NCBI GenBank assembly: GCA_963664435.2
Contig: CAXXKM010000001.1
Span: 640,001 to 704,000, forward strand
Reading direction: 5' to 3'
DNA: 64,000 nucleotides
Source: Longimicrobiales bacterium
Lineage (GTDB): Bacteria > Gemmatimonadota > Gemmatimonadetes > Longimicrobiales > Gaopeijiaceae
Shown: positions 50,942-60,181 of the stretch, piece after piece
How the letters are laid out: each line of letters starts with the position of its first letter
How positions within the stretch are numbered: position 1 is the first letter of the stretch
Notes under the pieces: model-generated
Database searches by the model: none
The model's input: the letters and a program-made list of their open reading frames with translations, nothing else
What the model was told of the DNA's origin: nothing
Translations under genes and position numbers: made by a program

Positions 50942-51820
50942 ATGGCTGCGCCGAGCTTTGAGGACTTCGTGTCGGGATCCTGGAGAACGGCCTGCTACCA
51001 CCGTTGCAAGCCCTCAACCAGGCAGCGGTTGGATAGCGCGCTTCGCACGCAGTTGCTACCGACTTTCGGTGTACATCGGCTTGACGAGATTCCTCCCTCA
51101 GCGGTCCACGAATGGTTCGACCGCTACAGCCGGACAGCACCCGCGGGTGCGAACCGAATTCTCGACATCCTTAAGCAGATCTACAACTACGCGATCGAGT
51201 GCGGGCTCGTGGACGCGAACCCGGCCCACGGCGTCAGACACAATCCGAGACCCAGAGTCACCCGCTTTCTCTCGCAGGACGAGTTGGCGCGCGTGCACGC
51301 GGCACTGGATGCCCACAGAGGTCGCGGATCCGGTCAACAGCAGGTGGCCATCATCCGCCTCCTTCTGCTGACGGGTTGCCGCAAGGGCGAAATGGTGTGC
51401 CTTCGCTGGGACGAGGTGGACGGAAGGGTCCTGCGTCTGGCTGACAGCAAGACGGGACCGCGGACGGTCTTCCTGAGCAAGGCCGCCCGGGAGTTGATTG
51501 CCCGGCAACCGCGTACCGATAGCCCCTACGTCTTCCCGTCGCTGAAGGATGGATCCCGGCATCGATCCAACGAACTGTCCCTGTGGCGGAAGGTCCAGCG
51601 CGAAGCTGAAATCGACGATGTGAGGCTACACGACCTGCGGCACACCTTCGCGAGCCACGCGGTCATGCAGCGCGTTCCCCTGCCGGTCTTGTCCCAACTC
51701 TTGGGGCATAGCCGCGACCGGATGGCAATGAGGTATGCCCACATCGGTGACCGGGAAGCGGAGGCGGCCGCAGAGCGGGTCGGTACCCAGATTGCAGCAC
51801 TGCTGGGCGACCTTGGCTGA
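50942..51820 (+). CDS. Tyrosine recombinase 2
   Basis: TGCR, SKTG, HDLRH, LLGH, RY. Confidence 0.93.
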   Translation: MAAPSFEDFVSGSWRTACYHRCKPSTRQRLDSALRTQLLPTFGVHRLDEIPPSAVHEWFDRYSRTAPAGANRILDILKQIYNYAIECGLVDANPAHGVRHNPRPRVTRFLSQDELARVHAALDAHRGRGSGQQQVAIIRLLLLTGCRKGEMVCLRWDEVDGRVLRLADSKTGPRTVFLSKAARELIARQPRTDSPYVFPSLKDGSRHRSNELSLWRKVQREAEIDDVRLHDLRHTFASHAVMQRVPLPVLSQLLGHSRDRMAMRYAHIGDREAEAAAERVGTQIAALLGDLG

Positions 51821-52016
51821 GGTTCAAGCCCGATGTCGAACCGGTATCCGGTGCGTGGTGTGCAGCTTATGTCCCAAAATGACAACGACTTGACCTCACA
51901 CGTGACCACGCCCGCTTGGCGGGAAGCATCTGCGGGCCATTGACGAGCGAGCTTTGTGCCGGGCACACTTGTCAGCGATTCGTTCTATCGTTCGCCCCTG
52001 CAACCATACTGGCCAT

Positions 52017-54935
52017 ATGTCCCATATGGATTCCCATATCGTCCGGACTCCGCCCGTTAGCCAGCGCAAGAAACTCATTGAAGTTGCGCTCCCGCTCGAC
52101 GCTATCAACGATGCCTCGAGGCGCGAAAAATCGATCCGGCACGGCCATCCCAGCACCCTTCATCTCTGGTGGGCGCGCCGACCTCTGGCGGCTGCGCGCG
52201 CCGTCATCTTCGCCCAAATGGTGGATGATCCTTCGGAGGACCCCGATCGGTTCCCGACGGAGGAGACGAGAACGCGCGAACGGACGCGCTTGTTCCGGCT
52301 GATCGAAGAACTCGTGACTTGGGAGAACACGACGAATCAGGAAGTCTTGAAGCGCGCTCGCGAGGAAATCCTGCGAAGCTGGCGGAGATCGTGCGCTGAC
52401 AACTCAGATCACCCACGGGCGACGGAACTCTTCGATCCTGAAAAATTGCCGGCGTTCCACGATCCGTTCGCCGGGGGTGGTGCCCTACCGCTGGAGGCTC
52501 AGCGCCTCGGACTGGAAGCTCACGCAAGCGATCTCAACCCCGTGGCGGTGTTGATCAACAAGGCCATGATCGAGGTTCCACCGAGGTTCGCTGGTCGCGC
52601 GCCAGTGCACGCCAGTGCTCGCCCCGATGCACCGAGGACGCCTGGGGTATTGATCGATCGGGATTGGCGGGGGGCGCAGGGCCTGGCCGAAGATGTCAGG
52701 CGTTACGGCAAGTGGATGAGGGACGAAGCCGAAAAACGGATCGGAGGGCTGTATCCGAGGATTGCCGTGACCGGGGAAATGGCGCGCGAGCGTCCCGACC
52801 TGAGGTCGTATGTGGGCCGGGACCTCACCGTGATCGCGTGGCTGTGGGCGCGGACAGTTCCGAGTCCCAATCCGGCGTTCGGAGATGTGGAGGTTCCCTT
52901 GGCGTCAACCTTCATGTTATCGACCAAGAAGGGAAAGGAGGCATACGTTGAGCCGGTGATCCGGGACCATGAGTATCGGTTCGACGTTCGCGCCGGCCCA
53001 CCGCCGGCCCGCGCCGCAGCAAGGAAGGGCACGAAACTGTCGCGTGGGGCGAACTTCCGCTGCCTTCTGTCGGGCGCGCCGCTGGCACCTGCCTACATCA
53101 AGTCAGAGGGCCGCGCCGGTCGAATGGGAGCACGGCTGATGGCGATTGTGGCGCAGGGGGACCGTGAGAGGGTGTATCTGAATCCGACCGATGACCACGC
53201 GGAGACCGCGCAGCGGGCGCGGCCGACGTGGCGGCCGGATTTGAGTCAGCCCAAGAACCCCCGCTGGTTCTCACCTCCGGACTACGGCCTCTCCACCTTT
53301 GGCGACCTCTTCACCCCCCGCCAGCTAGTGGCCCTTACCACCTTCTCGGATCTCGTCGGCGAAGCAACCCAGCAGATCCGGCGGGACGCGGTAGCCGCGG
53401 GCCTTGCCGACGATGACGTTCCATTACGTGATGGAGGCCTCGGCGCGCGCGCGTATGCCGAGGCTGTGGCCCTGTATCTGGGCATCACGGTGAGTAGGCT
53501 CGCCAACCGCCAAGCCACCCTGTGCTTTTGGGACCGGATGCGCGAAGGCGTACAGCAGGTGTTCGCGCGCCAAGCCCTACCAATGGTTTGGGACTACTGC
53601 GAAGGTAATCCCTTCAGCGCTTCCAGCGGCAATTGGGTTGTTCAGTTAAAGTTTCCCGCGAAGATGATTGAGGCCGCCCCGGCAATGATCCCGGGCCATG
53701 CTGAGCAAGCAGATGCACGCGTGAGTACGTTGGCTTTCAGTCGAGTGGTTTCGACGGACCCTCCGTACTATGACAACATCGGATACGCGGATCTCTCCGA
53801 TTTCTTCTACATTTGGTTGCGTCGTTCGCTGAAGCCGTTGTTTCCCGGTCTCTTTGCCACGCTGGCAGTGCCGAAGGCCGGGGAACTCGTTGCCACACCG
53901 TATCGGCACGGAAACAAGGAAGCTGCAGAGGGATTCTTCCTTGAGGGCATGACCAAGGCGACCCGCCATCTTGCAGAGCAGGCCCATCCAAGCTTCCCGG
54001 TCACGATCTACTACGCCTTTAAACAGTCGGAGGGCAAAGGCGGCGCGGGTGTCGTCAGCACCGGCTGGGAAACGTTCCTGGACGGCGCAATGCGATCAGG
54101 GTTCGCGATCACGGGGACGTGGCCTATACGCACCGAAAACGTGGCTGCACTCAAGAAGAACGTCGCCGCCCTCGCCTCAAGCATCGTCTTGGTCTGCCGC
54201 CGCCGCCCCACCAACGCACCCCTCGCCACCCGCCGGGAGTTCCTCACCGCCCTCCGCTCCGAGCTGCCGCAAGCCCTCGACCTCCTCCAGTCCGGCAACA
54301 TCGCCCCGGTTGACCTCGCGCAGGCGGCCATCGGGCCGGGAATGGCGGTATACACCCGCTACGGGAAGGTACTCGACGCCAACGGACAGCCCATGAAGGT
54401 CCGCGAGGCCTTGGCCATGATCAACCAGATCCTCGACGAATCGCTCGCCGAGCAGGAAGGCGACTTCGACGCGGATACTCGCTGGGCGCTTGCCTGGTTC
54501 GAGGAGCGTGGCTTCGAGGAAGGGGAGTTCGGAGTGGCAGAGATGCTGTCCAAGGCCAAGAACACCAGCGTGCAGGGGTTGGTGCAGGCAGGAATCCTCG
54601 AATCGCGCGCGGGCAAGGTCCGCCTGCTGCGACCTTCCGAGTTGCCTGCGGAATGGGATCCGTCGACCGATATCCGGCTCACAACTTGGGAGATGGTCCA
54701 CCACCTGATTAGACTCCTCGAAAGCGACGGGGAGGTAGCGGCAGCGGGTCTCGTCAGGCACTTGGGGAGCGTCGCCGATGTCGCTCGCGATCTGGCCTAC
54801 AGGCTCTTTTCCATCGCGGAACGAAAGAAGCGGGCTACGGAGGCACTTCAGTACAACGGTCTGGTCGGAAGTTGGGCGGAAATCAGGCGGATGGCGGGCA
54901 CGGAGGCGGCCGCAGAACAGACGGAGCTGTTGTAA
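52017..54935 (+). CDS. DUF1156 adenine MTase copy B, full length
   Basis: Same motifs as copy A plus about 190-aa C-terminal domain; start 52017 or 52026. Confidence 0.93.
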   Translation: MSHMDSHIVRTPPVSQRKKLIEVALPLDAINDASRREKSIRHGHPSTLHLWWARRPLAAARAVIFAQMVDDPSEDPDRFPTEETRTRERTRLFRLIEELVTWENTTNQEVLKRAREEILRSWRRSCADNSDHPRATELFDPEKLPAFHDPFAGGGALPLEAQRLGLEAHASDLNPVAVLINKAMIEVPPRFAGRAPVHASARPDAPRTPGVLIDRDWRGAQGLAEDVRRYGKWMRDEAEKRIGGLYPRIAVTGEMARERPDLRSYVGRDLTVIAWLWARTVPSPNPAFGDVEVPLASTFMLSTKKGKEAYVEPVIRDHEYRFDVRAGPPPARAAARKGTKLSRGANFRCLLSGAPLAPAYIKSEGRAGRMGARLMAIVAQGDRERVYLNPTDDHAETAQRARPTWRPDLSQPKNPRWFSPPDYGLSTFGDLFTPRQLVALTTFSDLVGEATQQIRRDAVAAGLADDDVPLRDGGLGARAYAEAVALYLGITVSRLANRQATLCFWDRMREGVQQVFARQALPMVWDYCEGNPFSASSGNWVVQLKFPAKMIEAAPAMIPGHAEQADARVSTLAFSRVVSTDPPYYDNIGYADLSDFFYIWLRRSLKPLFPGLFATLAVPKAGELVATPYRHGNKEAAEGFFLEGMTKATRHLAEQAHPSFPVTIYYAFKQSEGKGGAGVVSTGWETFLDGAMRSGFAITGTWPIRTENVAALKKNVAALASSIVLVCRRRPTNAPLATRREFLTALRSELPQALDLLQSGNIAPVDLAQAAIGPGMAVYTRYGKVLDANGQPMKVREALAMINQILDESLAEQEGDFDADTRWALAWFEERGFEEGEFGVAEMLSKAKNTSVQGLVQAGILESRAGKVRLLRPSELPAEWDPSTDIRLTTWEMVHHLIRLLESDGEVAAAGLVRHLGSVADVARDLAYRLFSIAERKKRATEALQYNGLVGSWAEIRRMAGTEAAAEQTELL
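53349..53398 (+). repeat. Inner inverted repeat, right copy (50 bp)
   Basis: gatctcgtcggcgaagcaacccagcagatccggcgggacgcggtagccgc. Confidence 0.95.
54342..54366 (+). repeat. Outer inverted repeat, right copy (25 bp)
   Basis: atggcggtatacacccgctacggga. Confidence 0.95.
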
Positions 54936-54994
54936 ACCATCCCGTTTTGGCAGAATCCGTAGCTGTGAGGATCCGCGAGCCCGAGGGCTGAGAG

Positions 54995-56170
54995 ATGAGA
55001 ATCGAGAATATCGAGATCGAGAACTACCGGCTGTTTCGCCGCGCAGAGCTACGGAATCTACCCCGGCTCACCATCGTCGTGGGTGCGAACGGTTCGGGGA
55101 AGTCCACGCTCTTCGACGTGTTCACCTTCCTCAAGGATGCTCTCACCCACAACGTTGCGACTGCCGTAACGCGGCGTGGGGGGTTTCGGGAGCTGGTCTC
55201 GCGCGGGAGCGAGGGCCCGATCGGAATCACCGTCCAGTTCCGCGAAAGTGGTGGGCGGCTTGCGACCTACGTCCTCGAAGTCACCACCAGAAACGGTCGA
55301 GTCGTCGTTGGCCGCGAGGTGCTCCGGTATCGGCGCGGACGGTACGGGAAGCCTTGGCATTTCGTCGACTTCATTTGTGGCGAAGGATATGCCATCACCA
55401 ATGAGTCGGTCTACGGTCAGGAGGGAGTTCAGGAAGCGCGCGAGGAGTTCAAGCTCGACGATCCGAGTGTGCTCGCCATCAAGGGTTTGGGACAATTCCA
55501 GCGGTTTCGAGTGGTATCGGAGTTCCGTAGCTTGATCGAGAACTGGCACATCTCGGACTTCCACATCTCGGATGCGAGACCGAGCGTGGAGGCTGGATTC
55601 GCCGAGCATCTGTCCACCCGAGGCGACAACGTGGCGCAGGTCGCTCAGTACCTCTATCAGCACCATCCGGAATGCTTTGATCGAGTTCTCGAGGCGATGA
55701 GTTCACGGGTACCCGGGGTCAGCCGAGTCGAAGCAAGGCCGACGGAAGACGGTCGGCTGGTGCTGCGCTTTCAGGACCACTCGTTCCGAGATCCGTTCAT
55801 CGCCCGCTTCGTCAGCGACGGTACGATCAAGATGTTCGCGTACCTGATTCTCCTCTACGATCCCAAGCCGCATCCGCTGCTGGCCGTGGAAGAGCCTGAG
55901 AACCAGTTGTACCCGGACCTTTTGCTGGAACTCGTTGAGGAGTTCAGGGACTACGCGAGGCGCGGTGGCCAAGTCTTCGTTTCGACCCATTCTCCGTTCT
56001 TCCTGAATGGGGCCGGACTGGACGAGGTCTTCTGGTTGGCCAAGGAAAACGGCTTCACAAAGGTGCGCAGAGCGTCCACCGACGACCTGCTCAAGGGGTT
56101 GGTCGCGGAGGGCGACAAGTTGGGCACGCTGTGGAGGCAAGGTCTCTTCGAAGGAGCGGGACCGCGATGA
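54995..56170 (+). CDS. AAA_15/AAA_21-type ABC ATPase
   Basis: GANGSGKS, SDGT, EEPEN, STHSP. Confidence 0.9.
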   Translation: MRIENIEIENYRLFRRAELRNLPRLTIVVGANGSGKSTLFDVFTFLKDALTHNVATAVTRRGGFRELVSRGSEGPIGITVQFRESGGRLATYVLEVTTRNGRVVVGREVLRYRRGRYGKPWHFVDFICGEGYAITNESVYGQEGVQEAREEFKLDDPSVLAIKGLGQFQRFRVVSEFRSLIENWHISDFHISDARPSVEAGFAEHLSTRGDNVAQVAQYLYQHHPECFDRVLEAMSSRVPGVSRVEARPTEDGRLVLRFQDHSFRDPFIARFVSDGTIKMFAYLILLYDPKPHPLLAVEEPENQLYPDLLLELVEEFRDYARRGGQVFVSTHSPFFLNGAGLDEVFWLAKENGFTKVRRASTDDLLKGLVAEGDKLGTLWRQGLFEGAGPR

Positions 56171-56739
56171 GCAGAGTAGTGTTTCTGCTCGAAGAGTACT
56201 CGATGAAAACGCTTCTGGACGGGCTCCTTCCCCGGCTGTTTCCGCAGCTGGTGTTTCTGTGCGTGCCTCATGAAGGCAAGGGCGATCTGGAAAAGAGCAT
56301 CCCAAGAAAGCTCCGAGGCTGGCGGGAGCCCGGCGTTCGCTTCGTCGTAGTGAGAGACAATGACCGGGGTGATTGCCTTGGCCTGAAGAACCACCTTCGT
56401 GATCTGTGCTCCGTCCGCCCGGCCGAGGACGTCGTGGTCCGCATCGTGTGCCAGGAACTCGAAGCCTGGTACCTAGGCGAGCCCGACGCCTTGGCTGAAG
56501 CGTTCGAGAAGGAATCCCTCCGCAGGATCGGTTCTCGATCGCGCTTGCGCCAGCCCGATGCCGTCCCATACCCGGCGAAAGAGCTGGCCAGGCAGATTCC
56601 AAGGTTCCAGAAGGTGTCCGGTGCGCGTCTTCTCGCCGAACACCTTACACGCGAGCGAAACCGATCCCCGAGCTTTCATGCCATGATGGACGGCGTCGAA
56701 CGACTCGCCTCACGGCTTATCTCCACCCACCAAACCTGA
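56167..56739 (+). CDS. DUF4276 family protein (TOPRIM-like)
   Basis: LLEEYS, HEGKGDL, RDND, ELEAWY, NRSPSF; ATGA-coupled to the ATPase. Confidence 0.8.
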   Translation: MSRVVFLLEEYSMKTLLDGLLPRLFPQLVFLCVPHEGKGDLEKSIPRKLRGWREPGVRFVVVRDNDRGDCLGLKNHLRDLCSVRPAEDVVVRIVCQELEAWYLGEPDALAEAFEKESLRRIGSRSRLRQPDAVPYPAKELARQIPRFQKVSGARLLAEHLTRERNRSPSFHAMMDGVERLASRLISTHQT

Positions 56740-56742
56740 CAC

Positions 56743-59700
56743 ATGGCTATCACCAACCACGAGCGCGTCGGCAAGGCGATGGAGCTTCTCCGCGGCGGCC
56801 TGGGCTCCTTCGTTGAACGTGAAATCAAGACCGCGCACCCTCCCAGGACCACCGTAGCCCGCGAAACTCTTCGGTACTTGGACAACCACGAGCTGGCCAG
56901 GCGGCCCATCGCGGACTGGGACGCGCACGCGCTCCTGCTTCTGATGTGGAAGTCCTGGAACACGGTCTTCAGAACCACGCTGGGCCACGCCGAACGCAAC
57001 TATGTGTCGGAACTTCGTGACGCCAGGAATCGGTGGGCTCACCAGCAGAGCTTCTCCACGGACGACGCCCATCGCGTGCTGGACTCGACCCATCGGCTGT
57101 TGACGGCAATCTCGGCTCCCGAGGCGGCGGAGGCCGACAAGATGAGGATGGATCTCCTCCGGCGTCGGTTCAACGAGCAGGCTCGTCACATCAGGCGGCA
57201 AACAACCCAGACAGCCCTCGAAATCGGCGCCACATCGTCTCTTCCCGCTTGGCGGGACGTGGTTGACCCCCACCCGGATGTTGCGAGCGGCAGGTACAAC
57301 CAGGCCGAGTTTGCTGCGGATCTCTGGCAGGTGTATCGGGGAGAGGGCTCGCACGAGTACCGGAACCCGGTCGAGTTCTTCCGGCGCACCTATCTGACCG
57401 AGAGCTTGCGTGCCATGCTTATCGGCGCGGTACGCCGAGTTACTTCCGGCAGAGGCGACCCGGTCATCCAGCTCCAGACCAACTTCGGTGGTGGCAAGAC
57501 CCATTCCATGCTGGCGCTGTACCACCTCTTCTCGGGTACTCCTCCGACGAGCCTCGCGGGAGTCGATGAGCTTATGACCGAGGCCAAGGTCGCAGGACTC
57601 CCATCGGTTCGCCGAGTCGTCCTGGTCGGCAACAAGATCTCGCCTGCGCGGCCAGATCGAAAACCGGACGGTACGATTGTCCACACCCTGTGGGGTGAGC
57701 TCGCGTGGCAGCTCGGCGGCCGGGATGCCTACCGGAGGATTGCAGCTGACGACGAGAAGGGCACCAGCCCCGGTGACGCCATTCGCGGTCTGCTCAACGA
57801 CTTCGGTCCGTGCGTGGTGCTCATCGACGAGTGGGTAGCGTACGCGAGGCAGCTGCACGACCGCAGCGACTTGCCGGCGGGGAGCTTCGAGACCCAGTTC
57901 ACCTTCGCCCAAACCCTGACCGAGTCGGCGAAGGCGGCGTCCAACTGCCTCCTCGTCATCAGCCTTCCGGCTTCGGACACGGCTGCGGCGCCGCACACTC
58001 GGGCCGACGACGTGGAGGTAGGGGGCGTTCGCGGCCGGGAAGCCCTGAACCGATTGAGCAACGTCGTAGGCCGGCTGGAATCGGCCTGGCATCCCGCCAC
58101 GGCCGAAGAAGGCTTCGCGATCGTCAGACGGCGTCTCTTCGCGCCGATGACCGAAGAGGCGTATAAGCAGCGCGATGCGGTCGCACGGACCTTCGCGGAC
58201 TTCTATCGGCGCCAACACCAGGAATTCCCTGTTGAGTGCCGCGACGGGGAGTATGAGCGGCGATTGAAGGAGGCGTACCCCATCCACCCCGAAGTCTTCG
58301 ACCGGTTGTACGAAGACTGGTCCACGCTGCTGAGGTTCCAACGCACGCGGGGCGTACTGCGGCTGATGGCCTCGGTCATTCACAGCCTGTGGGAAAAGGG
58401 AGACAAGAGCCCGCTCATCATGCCCTCCCTGGTGCCGATCGACGATGCGCGCGTGCGCTCCGAACTCACGAGCTATCTGCCCGACCGCTGGGTGCCGATC
58501 ATCGAATCGGACGTGGACGGGCCGAACTCCCTTCCCCTCCGCATGGATGGCCAGTACAGCAACCTGGGCAAGCTGAATGCCTGCCGACGCGTTGCCCGGA
58601 CGGTCTATCTCGGATCCGCACCGCTGACGGAGGCGGCCCGAAAGGGCATGGACGACCGCCGGGTAAAGTTGGGGTGCGTGCTCCCGGGAGAGTCGGCAGC
58701 AATCTTCGGTGACGCCTTGCGACGTTTGGCTGGCGCGGCAACCTACCTATACCAGAACGGCCCCCGCGTCTGGTACGACACGCAACCCACGGTCACCAAG
58801 CTCGCACGGGACAGGGCTGCGCAGCTGGAACGCGATCCCGACAAAGTTGCCGAGGAGATTGGACGCCGCGTGCAGACGGATGCGGCGAAGCGAGGCGACT
58901 TCCATGGCGTCCACTGCTTTCCGCGCGAGCCGGCGGATGTTCCGGATGACCCGAGCGTTCGTCTGGTGATTCTCGGCACTGACGCGCACTACATCAGGGG
59001 TGGCAACAGCCCCGCTGAAGCTGCGGCTCGCCAGTTGCTGGACTCACGCGGGGCGGGGCCTCGCCTTTGCCGCAACGCGGTCGTATTCCTCGCGCCTGAC
59101 AGGACGCGGCTGCAGGACCTTGAGGGCACGGTACGAATGTACCTCGCCTGGCAATCAATCGTCGGCGAGAAGGAGACCCTGAATCTCGATCCTTTCCAGG
59201 TAAAGCAGGCAGAGACCCGTCTGAAGGAGGAGGAGGGACGGGTGAAGGGCCAGATCCCCGAGGTGTTCCAATGGCTTCTGGTTCCGGTGCAGAGCAAGCC
59301 GGAGGACCAGGTGGGCTGGGAAGCTATGCGACTGATGGGAACGGGTGAGCTGGCCGTCCGGGCGAGCACGAGGCTCAGGCGTGAGGAGCTACTCGTTATC
59401 AGCTATGGGAGTACTCGCCTCCGCATGGATCTCGATCGTATTCCTCTGTGGCAGGACCACGTGGAGATTCGCCAGTTGGCGGACCACTATTCGCGATACA
59501 CGTATCTGCAGCGAGTTGAGGATCCCTCGGTGATCGCGGAGGCTGTGCGCGATGGGGTCGGGCTGCTGACGTGGGAGACGGACACGTTCGCCTACGCGGA
59601 AGGCTTTGACGAGGAGAAGGGACGTTACCTGGGGCTCCGTGCAGGCGAGGCTTTGCAACAGCCCTTGACGGCCGACAGCCCCGGCTTGGTGGTTCGACCG

Positions 59701-60060
59701 AAGATTGCCCGGAAGCAGATGGATGAAGAGGTGCGGCCGGAGCCCGGACCGGGGCCAGGACCAGAGCCGGGGCCAGGGCCCGGACCGGAGCCGGGACCAG
59801 GACCAGGACCGGATCCCCAGCCGGCTCCGCGGCGCTTCCACGGAAGCGTCGATATCGATCCAGTCCGGGCAGGCAAGGTGGTGGGTCAGATTGCCGAAGA
59901 GGTCGTTTCGCATCTGACCGGTCTGGTGGGATCGAGAGTAGAACTAACCCTCGAGATCGAGGCGGAGATCCCGGATGGAGCTCCGGAGCATGTGGTTCGC
60001 ACCGTTACGGAGAACGCGAGGACGCTGCGCTTCACGAGTCAGGAGTTTGAGGAGGAGTAG
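56743..60060 (+). CDS. DUF499 AAA+ ATPase with N-terminal Swt1-like HEPN domain
   Basis: RNRWAH, LQTNFGGGKTH, LIDE, YPIHP, FQRTRGVLRLMA. Confidence 0.9.
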   Translation: MAITNHERVGKAMELLRGGLGSFVEREIKTAHPPRTTVARETLRYLDNHELARRPIADWDAHALLLLMWKSWNTVFRTTLGHAERNYVSELRDARNRWAHQQSFSTDDAHRVLDSTHRLLTAISAPEAAEADKMRMDLLRRRFNEQARHIRRQTTQTALEIGATSSLPAWRDVVDPHPDVASGRYNQAEFAADLWQVYRGEGSHEYRNPVEFFRRTYLTESLRAMLIGAVRRVTSGRGDPVIQLQTNFGGGKTHSMLALYHLFSGTPPTSLAGVDELMTEAKVAGLPSVRRVVLVGNKISPARPDRKPDGTIVHTLWGELAWQLGGRDAYRRIAADDEKGTSPGDAIRGLLNDFGPCVVLIDEWVAYARQLHDRSDLPAGSFETQFTFAQTLTESAKAASNCLLVISLPASDTAAAPHTRADDVEVGGVRGREALNRLSNVVGRLESAWHPATAEEGFAIVRRRLFAPMTEEAYKQRDAVARTFADFYRRQHQEFPVECRDGEYERRLKEAYPIHPEVFDRLYEDWSTLLRFQRTRGVLRLMASVIHSLWEKGDKSPLIMPSLVPIDDARVRSELTSYLPDRWVPIIESDVDGPNSLPLRMDGQYSNLGKLNACRRVARTVYLGSAPLTEAARKGMDDRRVKLGCVLPGESAAIFGDALRRLAGAATYLYQNGPRVWYDTQPTVTKLARDRAAQLERDPDKVAEEIGRRVQTDAAKRGDFHGVHCFPREPADVPDDPSVRLVILGTDAHYIRGGNSPAEAAARQLLDSRGAGPRLCRNAVVFLAPDRTRLQDLEGTVRMYLAWQSIVGEKETLNLDPFQVKQAETRLKEEEGRVKGQIPEVFQWLLVPVQSKPEDQVGWEAMRLMGTGELAVRASTRLRREELLVISYGSTRLRMDLDRIPLWQDHVEIRQLADHYSRYTYLQRVEDPSVIAEAVRDGVGLLTWETDTFAYAEGFDEEKGRYLGLRAGEALQQPLTADSPGLVVRPKIARKQMDEEVRPEPGPGPGPEPGPGPGPEPGPGPGPDPQPAPRRFHGSVDIDPVRAGKVVGQIAEEVVSHLTGLVGSRVELTLEIEAEIPDGAPEHVVRTVTENARTLRFTSQEFEEE
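59737..59808 (+). repeat. 3 x 24-bp repeat encoding PEPGPGPG linker
   Basis: Seen in the translation near the DUF499 C-terminus. Confidence 0.9.
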
Positions 60061-60181
60061 CGGGGCGCAGCCCCGGCGTAACCCGTGATCCGCTCAGGCA
60101 GGCTCTTCATAGTATCACCGCTCTCCGTCGCATAGTATCATCGCATTGCGGGGTCAAGACCTGCCCCGCGGAGACCCGCTG

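Noticed and set aside
50048..51820. Integron or RIT element
   Set aside because: No IntI-specific insertion or attC array recognised; RIT elements have three recombinases
47551..54935. Diversity-generating retroelement or duplicated-assembly artefact
   Set aside because: No reverse transcriptase; differences are not adenine-specific; the copies are diverged over most of their length, so they are true paralogs
43957..60060. Canonical BREX or DISARM
   Set aside because: No PglZ, BrxL or DrmA/DrmB recognised; gene set fits DUF499/DUF1156/SNF2
60061..60075. Hairpin cggggc-gca-gccccg after DUF499
   Set aside because: Short stem with no U-tract; not enough for a terminator call
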